A stretch of DNA of 60,719 bases, filler included, from Globobulimina sp. (Eukaryota), in the NCBI GenBank assembly GCA_003354225.1. It is 11 parts of 11 records of this genome, joined end to end, with 100 filler letters (N's around TTAATTAATTAA, not from the genome) between each part and the next. Parts side by side here need not be neighbours in the genome. Positions count along the whole stretch, not along the records: positions 33,203 to 38,630 come from PIVH01000579.1; positions 38,731 to 44,156 come from PIVH01000580.1; positions 44,257 to 49,679 come from PIVH01000581.1; 8 more parts are not named here. The stretch is one strand, 5' to 3'. A program made the position numbers and the translations under genes. This document shows, piece by piece, positions 36,301-48,300 of this stretch (its first letter is position 1; every line of letters begins with the position of its first letter). The notes under the pieces were generated by a model. It did not search any database, was not told the DNA's origin, and saw only the letters and a list, made by a program, of their open reading frames with translations.

Positions 36301-38341
36301 TCAAAATCAATCATACGAACAGTTTCGCCATATTTTACAAGCTATACCTTTCGAAAATTGGAAAAATAATAGTGAAAAATTCACTTCAACTTACAAAACT
36401 ACTAAATATAAAAATTGGATCGAACTAAGAGCGAAAGATGATCCAAATTTTGCTGTTTTCATGGGCTATCTATCTAAATTCGATAACTACGAATTTAAAT
36501 ATCTATCACTCGATGCAGACCTCGGAATAGGATTCAACGCAAAGAAAAATCAAAATATCTATCTCGAAAAAATTGAAAAAGAAGACGAATATGGAAATCT
36601 TATTGGTGCTTGTATCAAAGATATGAGTCAACTACATGCGGACAATTACGATAATGCAACACAATCCCAAATACATAAAGCTCACCAACTAACAAATAAT
36701 TTGTTAAAAATATGGTCAGTATTTCATGGAAAATCTGACAATTTGGACGATATGAAACTTCAATCAATTTTACTAACTTCTCTATATACTCCAAATATAG
36801 CTGTGTCAACAGGAATAGACGATAATAGACCTCGACGAATCGACTTTTTCTATCAACGAAATGACACAAAATTTACAATGTCTAAATTACCATGGAGTAA
36901 AGATTTTAAAGAAATACTAGACTCAAAAAATATCCAACCCCCCAGACTCAGCCAAGGAGCTGCAGGTATCTCATACGATATGCCATCGGGACGAAGCTAT
37001 GCAGCTTCCGGTCCAACGTACAATCGACAATTCAGAGGATCAAACACGGACACAACTACCCGTCGACCACAAACTTTTGCCGATAAACGAAAAGCAGATG
37101 AAGAATTCGAAAATCTATCTTCCGAAGATAAAAGCAAAAAATTGCGATCTATGTTTTCCACATCTAAACTTTTTTCTCAACATTTAAACAAATCTGATCC
37201 AAGCCTTCCAGATAAACTATCTCAATCTTCACGATACAATTCACAAAATAAATTAAAATCCTCAACCGAATCTCTCAGCCAAAGTGCTGCTAAATCATCT
37301 ACAATTGATAAACAACGGGATAGTCTCGAAATTCAATACAAAAAAATTCAAGATACGGTATACCATGCTATAGGCGAACTACCTTATACTACCGAAAGAT
37401 TAACAGCAAAACAACTAAAACCAAGAGTGTTTGAAGATTGCGATGATAAGTCTGAAGATCGATCTCCTAACTTTCCAACTCGTATACGAACAATCAACAA
37501 AAAAGCTGAAGATTATAAAGATCTACCGACTATACCTAATCTAAAACTTCCCGATATCCAAGAACGAAAAGGCCACAAATTGGCACATGCTATATCTCTA
37601 AAAGAGTTCAAAATTCCAACAATCCAATTTTTTATCGCTGGTGATTCAACAAGCTCCTATCTACAAAATAGCCTAATGGATGCCTACCTTGAATCTGAAT
37701 TTCGAAATACGGTACAATACAATGGACTATACGATCTTGGAAAGGGAAGTGTCAGTCACAGACTTAGACACATGCAACATATCATTCCAGCTCTAACTAA
37801 ACCTGATACTACATGTATCATTATCAAAGGCATTATGGACTTCGCCGATCTTCTAGCCGATTGGCATAATAAAAAAGATAGTCAAAGAACTAACTTTTTC
37901 CGAAATAGATCAACCGATATACTATTACGAATAATTGGTACGGTACATGGATACTGTCCCAATGCGGTAATCTTAGTTAATTTAACTCATCCTATCTATG
38001 ATGACGAAACTTTTATATATGACGAAAGAGACGTTGGCAATATCGCCTTTGCTAAAACCGTGGAATCGGACTTAACTGACGATATTAGAGAATTTGGTAA
38101 AAAATACAAAATAGCTTGTCGATATATACAACTTGCACATGCTATCGACGAAGAAACTAAAATTCTATCGGAAAAACTTAAGGTACCCACGGAGGTAGCA
38201 CTTGAATCTCTATGTTTTGGAATCCATCTTACCGAAAATGGCAAAAAAATATTAGCTAACGAGATCTGGCGCGAATGCATCTATGGATGGGCCGATGGTC
38301 TTTGCAATCGTGAACTCAAACCAAGACCTTCGGAAAACTAG
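33386..38341 (+). CDS. Large intronless protein: S/T-rich region + coiled coil + C-terminal SGNH/GDSL esterase (retroelement ORF1-like); likely start ATG 33932
   Basis: FFIAGDS (block I), IIKGIMD (block III-like), FGIHLTENGKKILA (block V); A/C-skewed strand and codon usage unlike the neighbouring contigs. Confidence 0.65.
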   Translation: MDFYITKHQQKNTKLVSTISNHIDNEISIQPPIIGLSHDVLFPPPISRRRSGNQFRRKKLSFRTKMCASNKEIRACNGIPYTNPTKFYTPNTKNYRIQRRKSLHKTNVILEKFSQIASFCGKVISKFGIITGISPSFKVPFTSVPSKSPSCSSSKLLKKKQRTQKRKITIKKYVSKNYYYYNMSDNDNIEKGTINSIASIAKSNEMTDLSSQNLSTKNSKLQTDSDKKDDLSSQISVDSTNITHSIDSSISVSTDLSTELTKSTDNTDISLISSKPSSTLTKTNDNSLSELDETAKLTLDLSKFEISPQKLDEYESNITNRTTPEYDNSIIGKIPTSCTKSTNHTNIAKSDEEKNVIKSPNLPLSPPRPSSASSYGNVMDGKKQRKFSGEHRSRSTPIKSNSKSKAISKTKLGLQKEEKDKLTKKLVLDSTEKDNLEVDDTSIKNVNVFKGAKSSKYRNKPPTVSPTLYRQTPTAKFASNVSDVDIDKPYFSYSPTDPPSDNLLNTPHDNITISGKFPPMEESTEQKTAYAILSDASVRFQNGKIVDSNTIESQNAMITLSPVLNEEEKTIPSIRQNCICKSGLIIDNQLKECRILQNTINNIKLSIANQMENLQTGGADLAGIVENFDKMFTVITKMVCSLSVLTMQSTENLTAYATINSGYLCKDMIENKILQSNFNEHASNALNHDCKVDSTITIQYGKKVTEIQDEIINMKKTIDGEWRRQLSDKVTLSYLNDCLNKIYAKIAEIQLPPSDQQPIQTPNLQKLLDNKISKTYFNEQITKLNAKIEENQKAPAHKTVKNLNQQISRMEEKIKNFEQSIVDYDEQYDKLTTETNLQNDLFEASIKKISDKYAASKIIIEKMRTQIHDLEQSQSTSSSEPDPSKVEDEQIEEINERTKFELFFGNVKNDPLSWHFPVEVYGPFPKEQAIDGSDDKYGFPFQTGMIYQCFDHYLKTHMALECNDLELLSLLSQNQSYEQFRHILQAIPFENWKNNSEKFTSTYKTTKYKNWIELRAKDDPNFAVFMGYLSKFDNYEFKYLSLDADLGIGFNAKKNQNIYLEKIEKEDEYGNLIGACIKDMSQLHADNYDNATQSQIHKAHQLTNNLLKIWSVFHGKSDNLDDMKLQSILLTSLYTPNIAVSTGIDDNRPRRIDFFYQRNDTKFTMSKLPWSKDFKEILDSKNIQPPRLSQGAAGISYDMPSGRSYAASGPTYNRQFRGSNTDTTTRRPQTFADKRKADEEFENLSSEDKSKKLRSMFSTSKLFSQHLNKSDPSLPDKLSQSSRYNSQNKLKSSTESLSQSAAKSSTIDKQRDSLEIQYKKIQDTVYHAIGELPYTTERLTAKQLKPRVFEDCDDKSEDRSPNFPTRIRTINKKAEDYKDLPTIPNLKLPDIQERKGHKLAHAISLKEFKIPTIQFFIAGDSTSSYLQNSLMDAYLESEFRNTVQYNGLYDLGKGSVSHRLRHMQHIIPALTKPDTTCIIIKGIMDFADLLADWHNKKDSQRTNFFRNRSTDILLRIIGTVHGYCPNAVILVNLTHPIYDDETFIYDERDVGNIAFAKTVESDLTDDIREFGKKYKIACRYIQLAHAIDEETKILSEKLKVPTEVALESLCFGIHLTENGKKILANEIWRECIYGWADGLCNRELKPRPSEN

Positions 38342-38730
38342 AATTAAAGGCAAAATTTCCAAATTATAACTATCATATAGGATCCCTATATGATAAGTTA
38401 CCAAATACGAAAATTCAAAATTCTAAATATTTTACTAACAATATTTTTGATGTATTTAATGTATCTAAAGTATCACCATTATGTAACATTTCTTGTATTT
38501 CTCCGCATAAACATATATTATGTAAACCTTTATGTATACCTAAAAATATTCCTGTATGTAAAAATATATTTATCAAATATAAACCTTTAACAATTTTGTA
38601 TAACAATATTAACTCAGTGAACTCAAAAATNNNNNNNNNNNNNNNNNNNNNNNNNNNNNNNNNNNNNNNNNNNNTTAATTAATTAANNNNNNNNNNNNNN
38701 NNNNNNNNNNNNNNNNNNNNNNNNNNNNNN

Positions 38731-39247
38731 ATTTAGTAATCATAATTTGTCAGTTCAACATAAAGAAACAACACATTGCTCAAATGAATTTCTCAGGTTA
38801 TACGATAAAATATCTCTTGGACATATGGATGATTACGGTTGTTATAAGCACGAAGCGATAAAAGATTGTTTTGTGTATAGCATTAGATTTCGTGTTGATG
38901 ATATATTTGAAACAGCAAATAATTTTAATTTTCTCCGTATTGGGTTAGTATTTAATTCCTTATTGGCTGGAATCAGTAATGTTTGGTGTGTATCATTTAA
39001 GCAACCTGAAGGCAATAAAATGTTCTCTAAAAAAGGAGCAATAAGCAATATATCAGTTGGTGATATTATTGAATTGACAGTCAATACAACATCTTTGCAT
39101 ATGACTGCTGAAAATATCACTAAACATGAAAAGAGTGCTGTTAAATCATTTGGGTGGGTCGAATTTATTCAAATCCAAGTTGTTTTACGAAATGTAGCGC
39201 TCTCAATTGTAACTCAGTGGTGTGTTGATGAGGAAACGTTGTGGTAA
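38731..39247 (+). CDS. Hypothetical protein, 5'-partial (possible SPRY-like strand pattern)
   Basis: Open frame; RIGLV...VGDIIELTVN. Confidence 0.4.
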
Positions 39248-39373
39248 CTGTGTTTTTTGTGTTTGTAACACCTAAAAAGTCCATTTGAAAAACAACAATT
39301 TTAAACTGTAACGTAAACAGTTCTCCATAACAAGTCAATTCAATTAAATCATTACAGAGTCAAACAAAACAAT

Positions 39374-40530
39374 TTATTGATCATCTTTAACATCATCATC
39401 TTTTGTTGTTTCCTGTTTCTTCTTCCCTTCATCCTCTTTGATAACTTTTAAATGCGCATCAATTAATGCTTGAGCATTATGATAGGCCATGCATACTTTA
39501 CTTGCAATGTGCCATTCTGGAGAGCCTAATGCTTGAATACTCCAATCATTATTGCCTTTCCCAGCTCTAAATAATCTGCACATAACCACAGATCTTGCTT
39601 TTGCCGCTTGTTCAATGCCATATTGTATCAAATTAATATCTTCTTCGCCATGTTCATATAATGAGATCACTGGTTCTTTAAAAGATGATAAATCACTTGG
39701 TCCACATGCACACAATGTAAAAAACAATTGTTTTACCTTTTTATCTAAATCCGATAATGCTAAATTTATAGTATGTACAGATTTGCCATGCACTTTTGTA
39801 TCCCCGCTATGTTTAATAACATTATTATAATTTCTGTCGCTGTAATGGATTACTTTCATGCATGTATCCTTAAAATCATACACCAAACAGGCACCACATA
39901 ATATACTCGATGTATCAGAATCTAATTGCAACGTAATACCGTCAATTGATTTTGGTTCGGCCGGTTTGTCAAATGCTAACGCACTGCCTTTAATGCCTAA
40001 ATTTGCTGCGACTTGTTGTTGATATGCATTATTTTGTGCATATGCTTGTTGTGCTTGCTGTTGATTATCAAATACAACTTGATATGATATTTGTTGACGA
40101 TTTGCATTGTTATTATAATTTGATTGTTTTGATTGGATTTCGACTCTTGCATTTGCGCCATATGCACTTTGAACTGATTCTAAAAACTGTGCTTCATTCA
40201 CATTACTATCAAGTTCTACATTATTGGTCATTTTGGAGACTGGTATATTTGCTGTTTGTTTTGATCTTAATTTTCGACCTGTTTTTCTTTTCTTTGCACG
40301 TTTTTCTTGGTTTACTGCATTGTGTTACTGTATGATGATATTTGCTGTTGTTGCTGGTATTGTGGCGGTGCTTGCCGAGAGTATGAGTTGTTATTGTTGT
40401 TATTGTTCATATACGATTGAGACTGCATTTGTGGTTGTGGTTGTGGTTGTGGTTGTTGTTGCTGCTGTTGCTGAGATTGTGTGTTCGTTTGTGATGGTGC
40501 ATTTTTATTTCCACTAAACCAACCAAACAT
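39374..40530 (-). CDS. TerD-domain protein with Q/N-rich N-terminus; frame break near 40320
   Basis: ACLVYD...IKHSGD...HTINLAL...LFFTL...VMCRLFR...WSIQALG TerD pattern. Confidence 0.7.
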
Positions 40531-40638
40531 GATTTATGAATGATGTATTCTGCGTGAGAGGAGAAAGTATTAAATGCGATAAGATGAGTAATGTAGGAAG
40601 TAAAGTGCAGTTTTGCGTTAAAAACAACCTCAAAAAGA

Positions 40639-42190
40639 ATGCTTTCTTTGTTGGTACTATTACGTGTTGCATTTGTAAATGCTGAACATGATTATAGAGT
40701 AACTGCAGCACAGTTACCGTTATCAGTAAAAGGTCGTTATGTTGTTGATTCAGCTGGAAGCAGAGTAAAATTAGGTAAGTAACCATAAACAATAAATGAT
40801 AACAAAAATATTATATTAAAATACAAAAAAATAGGATGTGTAAATTGGTATGGCGCGGATCAACGTGATTTTGTGGTTGGTGGTTTACAGTATGTAATGA
40901 TATTTAGTTAGAACAATATTAAAAATTTAACTCTTCTAATTAGGTGGCAGTCAATTTCAACAATATCTGGTTTAATTGCAGGATATGGTTTTAATTGTAT
41001 CCGGCTTCCATTTTCATTGGAATTAATTGCTAAAAACCCAACCATTTCAAATCGAACCATTATCCAACAAGAACCATCTTTATTGGGTAAAAAAGCAATG
41101 GATATATTAGATGCCGTAATTACTGGCTTAAGCAATCATAATTTAATGATTATATTAGATAATCATATAAGTGATGCAGATTGGTGTTGCAATGGCAATG
41201 ATGGCAATGGCTTATGGTATACCAATAATTATCCTGAAGCACAATGGTTGTCCTTATGGTCGCAGATTGTCACACGATATGCCTCCAATAAATATGTGAT
41301 TGGCTGTGATTTACGTAATGAGTTACGGTCCACCAATGTATGTGTTTAAATATTCTCTCATTTCTGTGTTTCATTTATCTTTATTAATTTATTTAGGTGA
41401 ATGGAAAAAATTTATCGCCAAGTTGGGGTTCTGGAAATACAGCAACTGATTGGAGATTGGCAGCAATTAAGGTCGCAAATCAGATACAGAAAATAAATCG
41501 CAATTTATTGATTATTGTGGAAGGTTTAAACTATGGCTTAGATTTGCGAGGGATTGCATCGCATCCAATATTAGCGTCTGATTTGACAGTTGCAAATAAA
41601 TTGGTATATTCATCGCATGATTATAGCTGGTCTCAAGGCGGTAATAGTTATCAACAATTGAGTAGTACATTAAATACAAACTGGGGATATATATTTGCTG
41701 ATAGTAGTAAGCCATATTTTGCACCTGTATGGATGGGTGAATTTGGCGAATGTCATCAAAATAATAAAAATTGTTTACAATCAGAATGGTGGAAATCAGT
41801 GACACAATATGCTGCAACATATGATATTGAATGGTAAAATGTTAATAGGTTATATAAAAAACAGCGCATTTAGTTTATCGGATTTATATCCAAGAAACAA
41901 AGCTGTTTTCAATCTTATTTCTTTCTTATTTGTTTTGCATCAATATGTTATCTCTCAATTCGTATTAAATTGTAGTGATATATTGATGCGAAACAAATAA
42001 TGAAAATGATTTTAGGGCTTATTGGGCTATCGATGGTACAGAGTCAAGTGGAAAAGGTCGAACATATGGAGCTGAGGAAACCTTTGGTGTATTCAATAAA
42101 ACATGGAATGGCGTTGCAAGCACTGTTTTGCTTTCAGATTTACAAAAAATGTTGAAACCAAAATCAAGAGAACATCCTCGTAGTGTATAA
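40639..42190 (+). CDS. Secreted GH5 endoglucanase (cellulase), 5 exons
   Basis: Signal peptide; GCVNWYGA, FNCIRLPFS, IILDNH, acid/base DLRNELR, YSSHDY, nucleophile APVWMGEFG, WAYWAIDG after splicing. Confidence 0.9.
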
Positions 42191-42294
42191 ATATTATTAT
42201 ACAAATTTGTACATGTTTATGATCTAATTCTAAATCGTTGATCCGATCTTGATCCCAAAACGTTTTTTGAATTAAGTCCTACAAAGTTTAACCA

Positions 42295-44156
42295 TGTCAA
42301 AAAGCAAGAAAGCAATGTCAACAAAGTACAGCGCAATTGGTACAACAATCGTACCATTATCACAACAAATGCGTAACAGCAATCCACGATCTCCCTCGAG
42401 CTCAACTCCAGCCACAAAGCAAGTTAAGTCAATAACAATCAAATCTGTGATTAAACGATAAACACCATCCTGTTTTATAAACAAACAATAAATAACAGAC
42501 TGATAATTTCTTTGATGACATTCTTGCAGATTGGGACCAACCAGACACTGCCAACAAAAAAGAAAATTTTGGCATAGGAATCCATAACAATAATAATGAT
42601 GTGTCTTCATCCTCGTCTTTAGCATTTACGCCAACTCCACCATCACCAAACAATCAGCATAGCCACAGCAAAAAATCTAAACTTAACCGTAACCAATCTC
42701 CAAGTGCAAATTCTAATGATCGTAGCATTTATATCCTGCGCGATGATCCCATAAAAGACAAGGGACAAATTCCTGAAAATTCAAACTATACACAACATAT
42801 ATTCGATGATATAATCACAATAAATAAACCAACACAAAATGGCGCCATAACTAGCAATAACGCCAACACTATGGAACAACCTCAAGAACCTCTATATGAG
42901 TCAGAAGTGATTGTAATCGATGAAACTATCCGTAATGATCCAAATTATCTGCCTCCACCTGACGATACCTCTGCACATAAACATAAATCCGACATTATAA
43001 ATAGCAAAAACGCTAAAAACACTAAAAAAAAGAAGTCAAAAGTGCTATTAGAACCTTTGGGAGATGACAATACATCATTAGTTGCAGCTGTTGTACCATC
43101 AACACCAGATTTAAATCCGTGGGCACATTTAAATAAAACCATAGAGACAAACATAATGGAAGCACCCGTCGACGTCGAGGATAACGATGATGATGAGGGT
43201 CAATATGAGGACAGAGGCTTTTTAAAACACGAAGCAGATGACATTGGTCATGATATGAAGAAGAAGAAAAATATAACACCATCCGCAGCAACAAAGAATA
43301 TATTCTATTGTATAATATTTGTGATTGGTATTGTTATTGGTGTTTTATTGACCATTTCATTGATCAGACACAAAGCAATTGACGCAAATTATTTATTTGG
43401 TCCCACAGGGCAAGAAAGTGAAAATGACAGTGTTATTGCTGCTGAAATTGGTGGAATAAATGTGTATGATAACAGTACTCATGTTATTGAGGAGCATGAA
43501 GGTGATGATGGCGATGTATTTGAGCATATAAGAGGTAATACAATAAGTCCACCAACGGAACATAATACAATGACACCTACACTGTCAACACAGCAACATA
43601 GTACTAGTCAAACAGTAACAACAACAGATAAACCTACATTACTGCCAACAGGATATCCATCGCCTAAGCCATCAACAAATCCGAGTCAACGTCCGACACA
43701 TTCACCAGTTGTGACTGACATAGCAATGACGGTAACGGATATAAATTCTGTCGACGAAGCATTGCAAGATGAGGATGGTTTAAGTGGATTAGTTGAGGTT
43801 AGTAATTTGAATGAAAATGACGATGAAATTCTGTCGGATGCGACACAAATAGATTACCATCATGTTGATGAAGGAATTGAGATTGCAAATAAACTAAATC
43901 ATGATAATAAGAGTGTGGATGATGATGATAATGATCCACCAATAGAGACTGCAGATTACCATCATGTTCATGCTGGAATTGAGATTGCAAATGAACTAAA
44001 CCAAGAAAATGAAACAAATGACAATATTGGTATGTCATACCCATGAATATATTGCTTGAATAAGTAATTGAGTATGCCACATAATATAAAATGTTTTTAA
44101 TTGTTTTTGGATTAAAAGACATGCGCACTTTTTTGCAAAATTCTGGCTCGCGTTTT
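42295..44156 (+). CDS. Single-pass membrane protein with PT-rich stalk, multi-exon, probably 3'-partial
   Basis: TM IFYCIIFVIGIVIGVLLTISLI; PTLLPTGYPSPKPSTNPSQRPT; duplicated DYHHVxxGIEIAN module. Confidence 0.6.
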
Positions 44157-44333
44157 NNNNNNNNNNNNNNNNNNNNNNNNNNNNNNNNNNNNNNNNNNNN
44201 TTAATTAATTAANNNNNNNNNNNNNNNNNNNNNNNNNNNNNNNNNNNNNNNNNNNNATTCTTTAACAACGTCATTGAGCAAGAAGATCAGGCAGATATCT
44301 CAGGATTCTTTAACGACGAAGAGCAAGCAGAGT

Positions 44334-44424
44334 CAGATCTCGCAGCATTCTTAATTGAGGATGAAGAGGCAGATCTCGCAGCATTCTTAATTGAGGATGA
44401 AGAGGCAGATCTCGCAGCATTCTT
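44334..44424 (+). repeat. 36-bp tandem repeat (about 2.5 copies) encoding DLAAFLIEDEEA at the 3' end of a partial acidic ORF
   Basis: cagatctcgcagcattcttaattgaggatgaagagg repeated; + frame open from the contig edge to a TGA near 44465. Confidence 0.8.
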
Positions 44425-45318
44425 TAACAACGTAGTAAAAGAGGATAAAGAGGCAGCGTCATATTGATTGCAAGCAGCATTCCTTAACGATTTATTCTCC
44501 AAATTATCACAAACTAACTGACTTGAACGAATATTGTTGTTTAAATAGTATTAAATACATTAATTATTATAAAATTGCAAAACAACCAAAACATCAATGC
44601 TTACTGCTCTTATTGCTCTTACTGCTTTACAATTGTGTGTTCAATAAACAACATCCAATTTAAAATTGGGTTTGCCAGTTTTTTATTCTTCCTCAATGGT
44701 ACGTAGTGTTGATAGGTAGAAAGAACATCCTTTTATCGCGTGTGTGAAAACCATTTTGTCTCAACCTTTTCAGTCTTTGAATGATTTTAGGATATCCGGA
44801 AGGATTTCAGTTGTATGGTACATACATATGAGGCCGTCTATGTCAATGGCCATTAACTTATTATTGGTCTGTTTTTGTATCAATACCATTGGAACCTGGT
44901 TTTTGTGTTCATTTGTTGTTGTTTTTTGCGCAGTATTATGGTGATGCGTATTGTTGGTAAGGATGGGAGTCATTGTAGATCATCACTTTGCACTTACAAC
45001 GTGAAGAAAATACAGAAAATGCAGGAAATTAATTTGTGGCTCTAACAAAGTGACTTGCGAATGTTCGGATTTTTACGCCGACGTGTTTCTAACTTGTCTA
45101 GGCTCTGATTGATCTGTTTTCATTTTGATGAAGATAAGAATTTCTACAACTTTTTAGTACTCTTGTTTGGAAAAAAAAATAGACCACACAAAAAAAAAGG
45201 GAGCTAAATAACTAGCAACCAATCAAAAAGAAAATAAAAAGAAATAGGAGATCTATATTAATAATTAATGTGCTATACACAAACAAATAAAACAAAACAC
45301 GAGCATACACAAAACGGT

Positions 45319-48300
45319 TTATACACTATAAACTTCCTCTTGTTCCTTTTTAACTGTTTTTGGTTTTTTTTTACTATCTTTTTGAACTTTTTTATTATTA
45401 TCATTCTCCTCATTCTCCCCATTGCTGCCTCCTTTCTTCTTATTCTTTTTATCTTTTCTTTTATCTTTATATGTGATGCCAGCTCGTAACACAACTAAAC
45501 CAAACACAAGCATCGGCGCCAAACAATACACCACAATCCATGCCAAAAACAGCCAGAACAATATAAGCTTCTGAATATTAGCAGGCGTACACTCTCCGAG
45601 CGCAATATCTGGATTATTCTCATTAGTGCATCCACAGTCAATTTGCGCGTCTGATTTGTCCCAATAAGTAAACGAATGGACGGCTAAACCAAACTGAATC
45701 ATCACAAGCACAACAAAAGCCACATAAAAAATTGGTCCATTAAACTTTTTAAATCGTTTCTTCCGAGACTTTAAGCGCATTTCTTTTTTTTTGGCCTTAA
45801 CAGCAGCAATATATTCCTCTCGTGTTCGAAAACCAAAATCTTGCCAATCTGTCGCGGTATGAGAACGATCGTAATTCCACGAAGTGACACGATGTTCAAT
45901 TTTGGCGTCGGCTAACATCGCTTGTGTGTCCTCGTGATATTTTACCATTTTGTCCTGTTCGTCGCCCCAACCAATTATGTCCGTAATTACATAGAATAAT
46001 ATCAACTAAATACAAATATATGATCAATAGTAATCTGTAGAATGACTAGAATATATAAGTACAAACCTGAATAAATGTAAATATTAAAATAAAAAATGAT
46101 TCAGCTGTGCTTTTATCCAATGTATGGCCGATTGCATTGTAACAGACATTGAAATCAATCATTGCGAATTGCAAAACTGAGGCTGGTAATTGGATGAATA
46201 CGTAGCAAAATAATAAAAATCCCACATACACGTTATTTATCCATCGATCTATTTTGTTTTGGCCGCAAAACATTAACCAAATGATAGACACAGCGGGCGT
46301 GATGGAGGAAAATAGGAAAATTAACATCCAAATTAAAAAAAACCACCATTCCACGCCCCGCAATGACTCTTGTGACCAAAATGAGAAACAATGAATAACG
46401 ATAAGCCACACCGCCACCGATACTGTCCAATATATATATTTTACGTAGATTTTGAATGGTTCCAAATCAATTTTTGGATGTGTTTTTTCGCGAATTTTGG
46501 GATCAGTATCGAAGAAAATATAGGTATAAATATAGCCGATAATCAAAGTTAGCCACGATAATAATAATAAAGCTTCGCCTTCGACGGACGAAATGGTTTC
46601 GACATTGCCTTTCCAGATTGGTATCAAATTCATTAAACAGCACGGAAGCTGAATGAATAAAAAAACAATTGTGCTGATCAGCATAGTTCGAAACATTCCA
46701 CCGCTTTCTCGAGTAACTCCGCCATAAAATGCCCAAGCAGCTAAGTAAAGGTTTTTGACTTTAATTTCTAGTTTCGACGTTATCTAAATATGTAAACAAA
46801 CCTGCTGGCAATGCAAATGTAGGTGCAACTAATAAAAAGGTGTCATATATTACGCTCATAATAAATATAACAGCAAACAACACAGAGGCCACTGTTGTGT
46901 TATCCACTGTGACCCAGAAATAAAAGGAACGGATGGATATTATATAGATAATAAATAAAAATATATACATCGGATAGATAGCAAAATCTCGCAAGAATTT
47001 GGTTTGCATACTTCGATAACACAATATCTGGAGCCATATCACCACAATAAATGAGACTGTATCACCAAAACTTAATTTAACGGTATCATTAATATTTGAT
47101 CCATCATCCAATACGACATATAACTGTCCAATGCATGCCGGTAATTGCAAAAACATCACACTTCCCATGATTAAGAAAGATAGAAATGGAATCAAATCAA
47201 AATGAATGCGGTTATAATTCAAACCGAACTCACACAACACGCCAATCATTGATATGCAATCATGCAACACCCAAAACAACATAAAATACCATAAAATCGA
47301 GTATAAATTGTCAGGTTTACACTGTGCATCCTTCCAATATTTATTTGCAAACACATAACCTCGAAATGCCAAAATTGTCACTACTACATTGCCACACATA
47401 TAATAGGTAAAATAATAAAAAAAGCAGTTATTTCCTTGTAAGCCCGCACGAATAAAATGGAAAACCAACGACAACACAACCAACGCAACGCATTCACCGA
47501 CACTTATTACACCATCGGCAATGTTACACGAATCTTCTCGAACTAATAAAAATAAAATAATCGTGGCTGGAAACTGGATCAATACCGGAATCACAGTGGT
47601 GAACATCTTAATATTTGCATATTGGTATCGCGGTTTGATATCATTTTTCATTTTCTGTTTGAAAAAGTTCAACAGCTCAACCTGAGAATCTTTGTGTTCA
47701 TTCGCTCCTTTTCTCTCAATAAAAGCTCGCGGGAAACTAAGTTTGATGTAACTTAGAAACGAGATGCCGGCATAGATGACGATCCATGCTAAAAACAACC
47801 AAAATAGCAAGTACTCCAAAGACCTATTCCGCTCTCCTGCTGTCCCACAAATAACACCGTCATAAAAATAAACTGCGAAGGAGCGGATACACAACACATA
47901 ATTGGTCAAAATGACACAGGATGCGATTGGCAACGAATAGAGAAATAAACTTTGCACTGTCTGTCCAGCACAGCATCCAAACCAAAACAACACTGACAAC
48001 AAACACAAAACAGACTGTATTCCGGAGAGGATAATCATCACTAAATGTTCCCGGCTGTGGACCTCAATATTTTCGTCAGGCACACACGTCTCCAGCCGCA
48101 ATAACACAAATTGCAGAACCGACGCAGTCAACGGCAACACCACAAACGACCCAGTCACCAACAACAACACCGATAATCGTTCCATAACCTCACTCATTTG
48201 CGACTTTGCGCCATTGTACTGTCGATGATGTTGCATAATCAGGTTTTTAGCCCGATCCACGCGGCCATCATCCTCCTCCTCCTCCACTTTGGGATATCCT

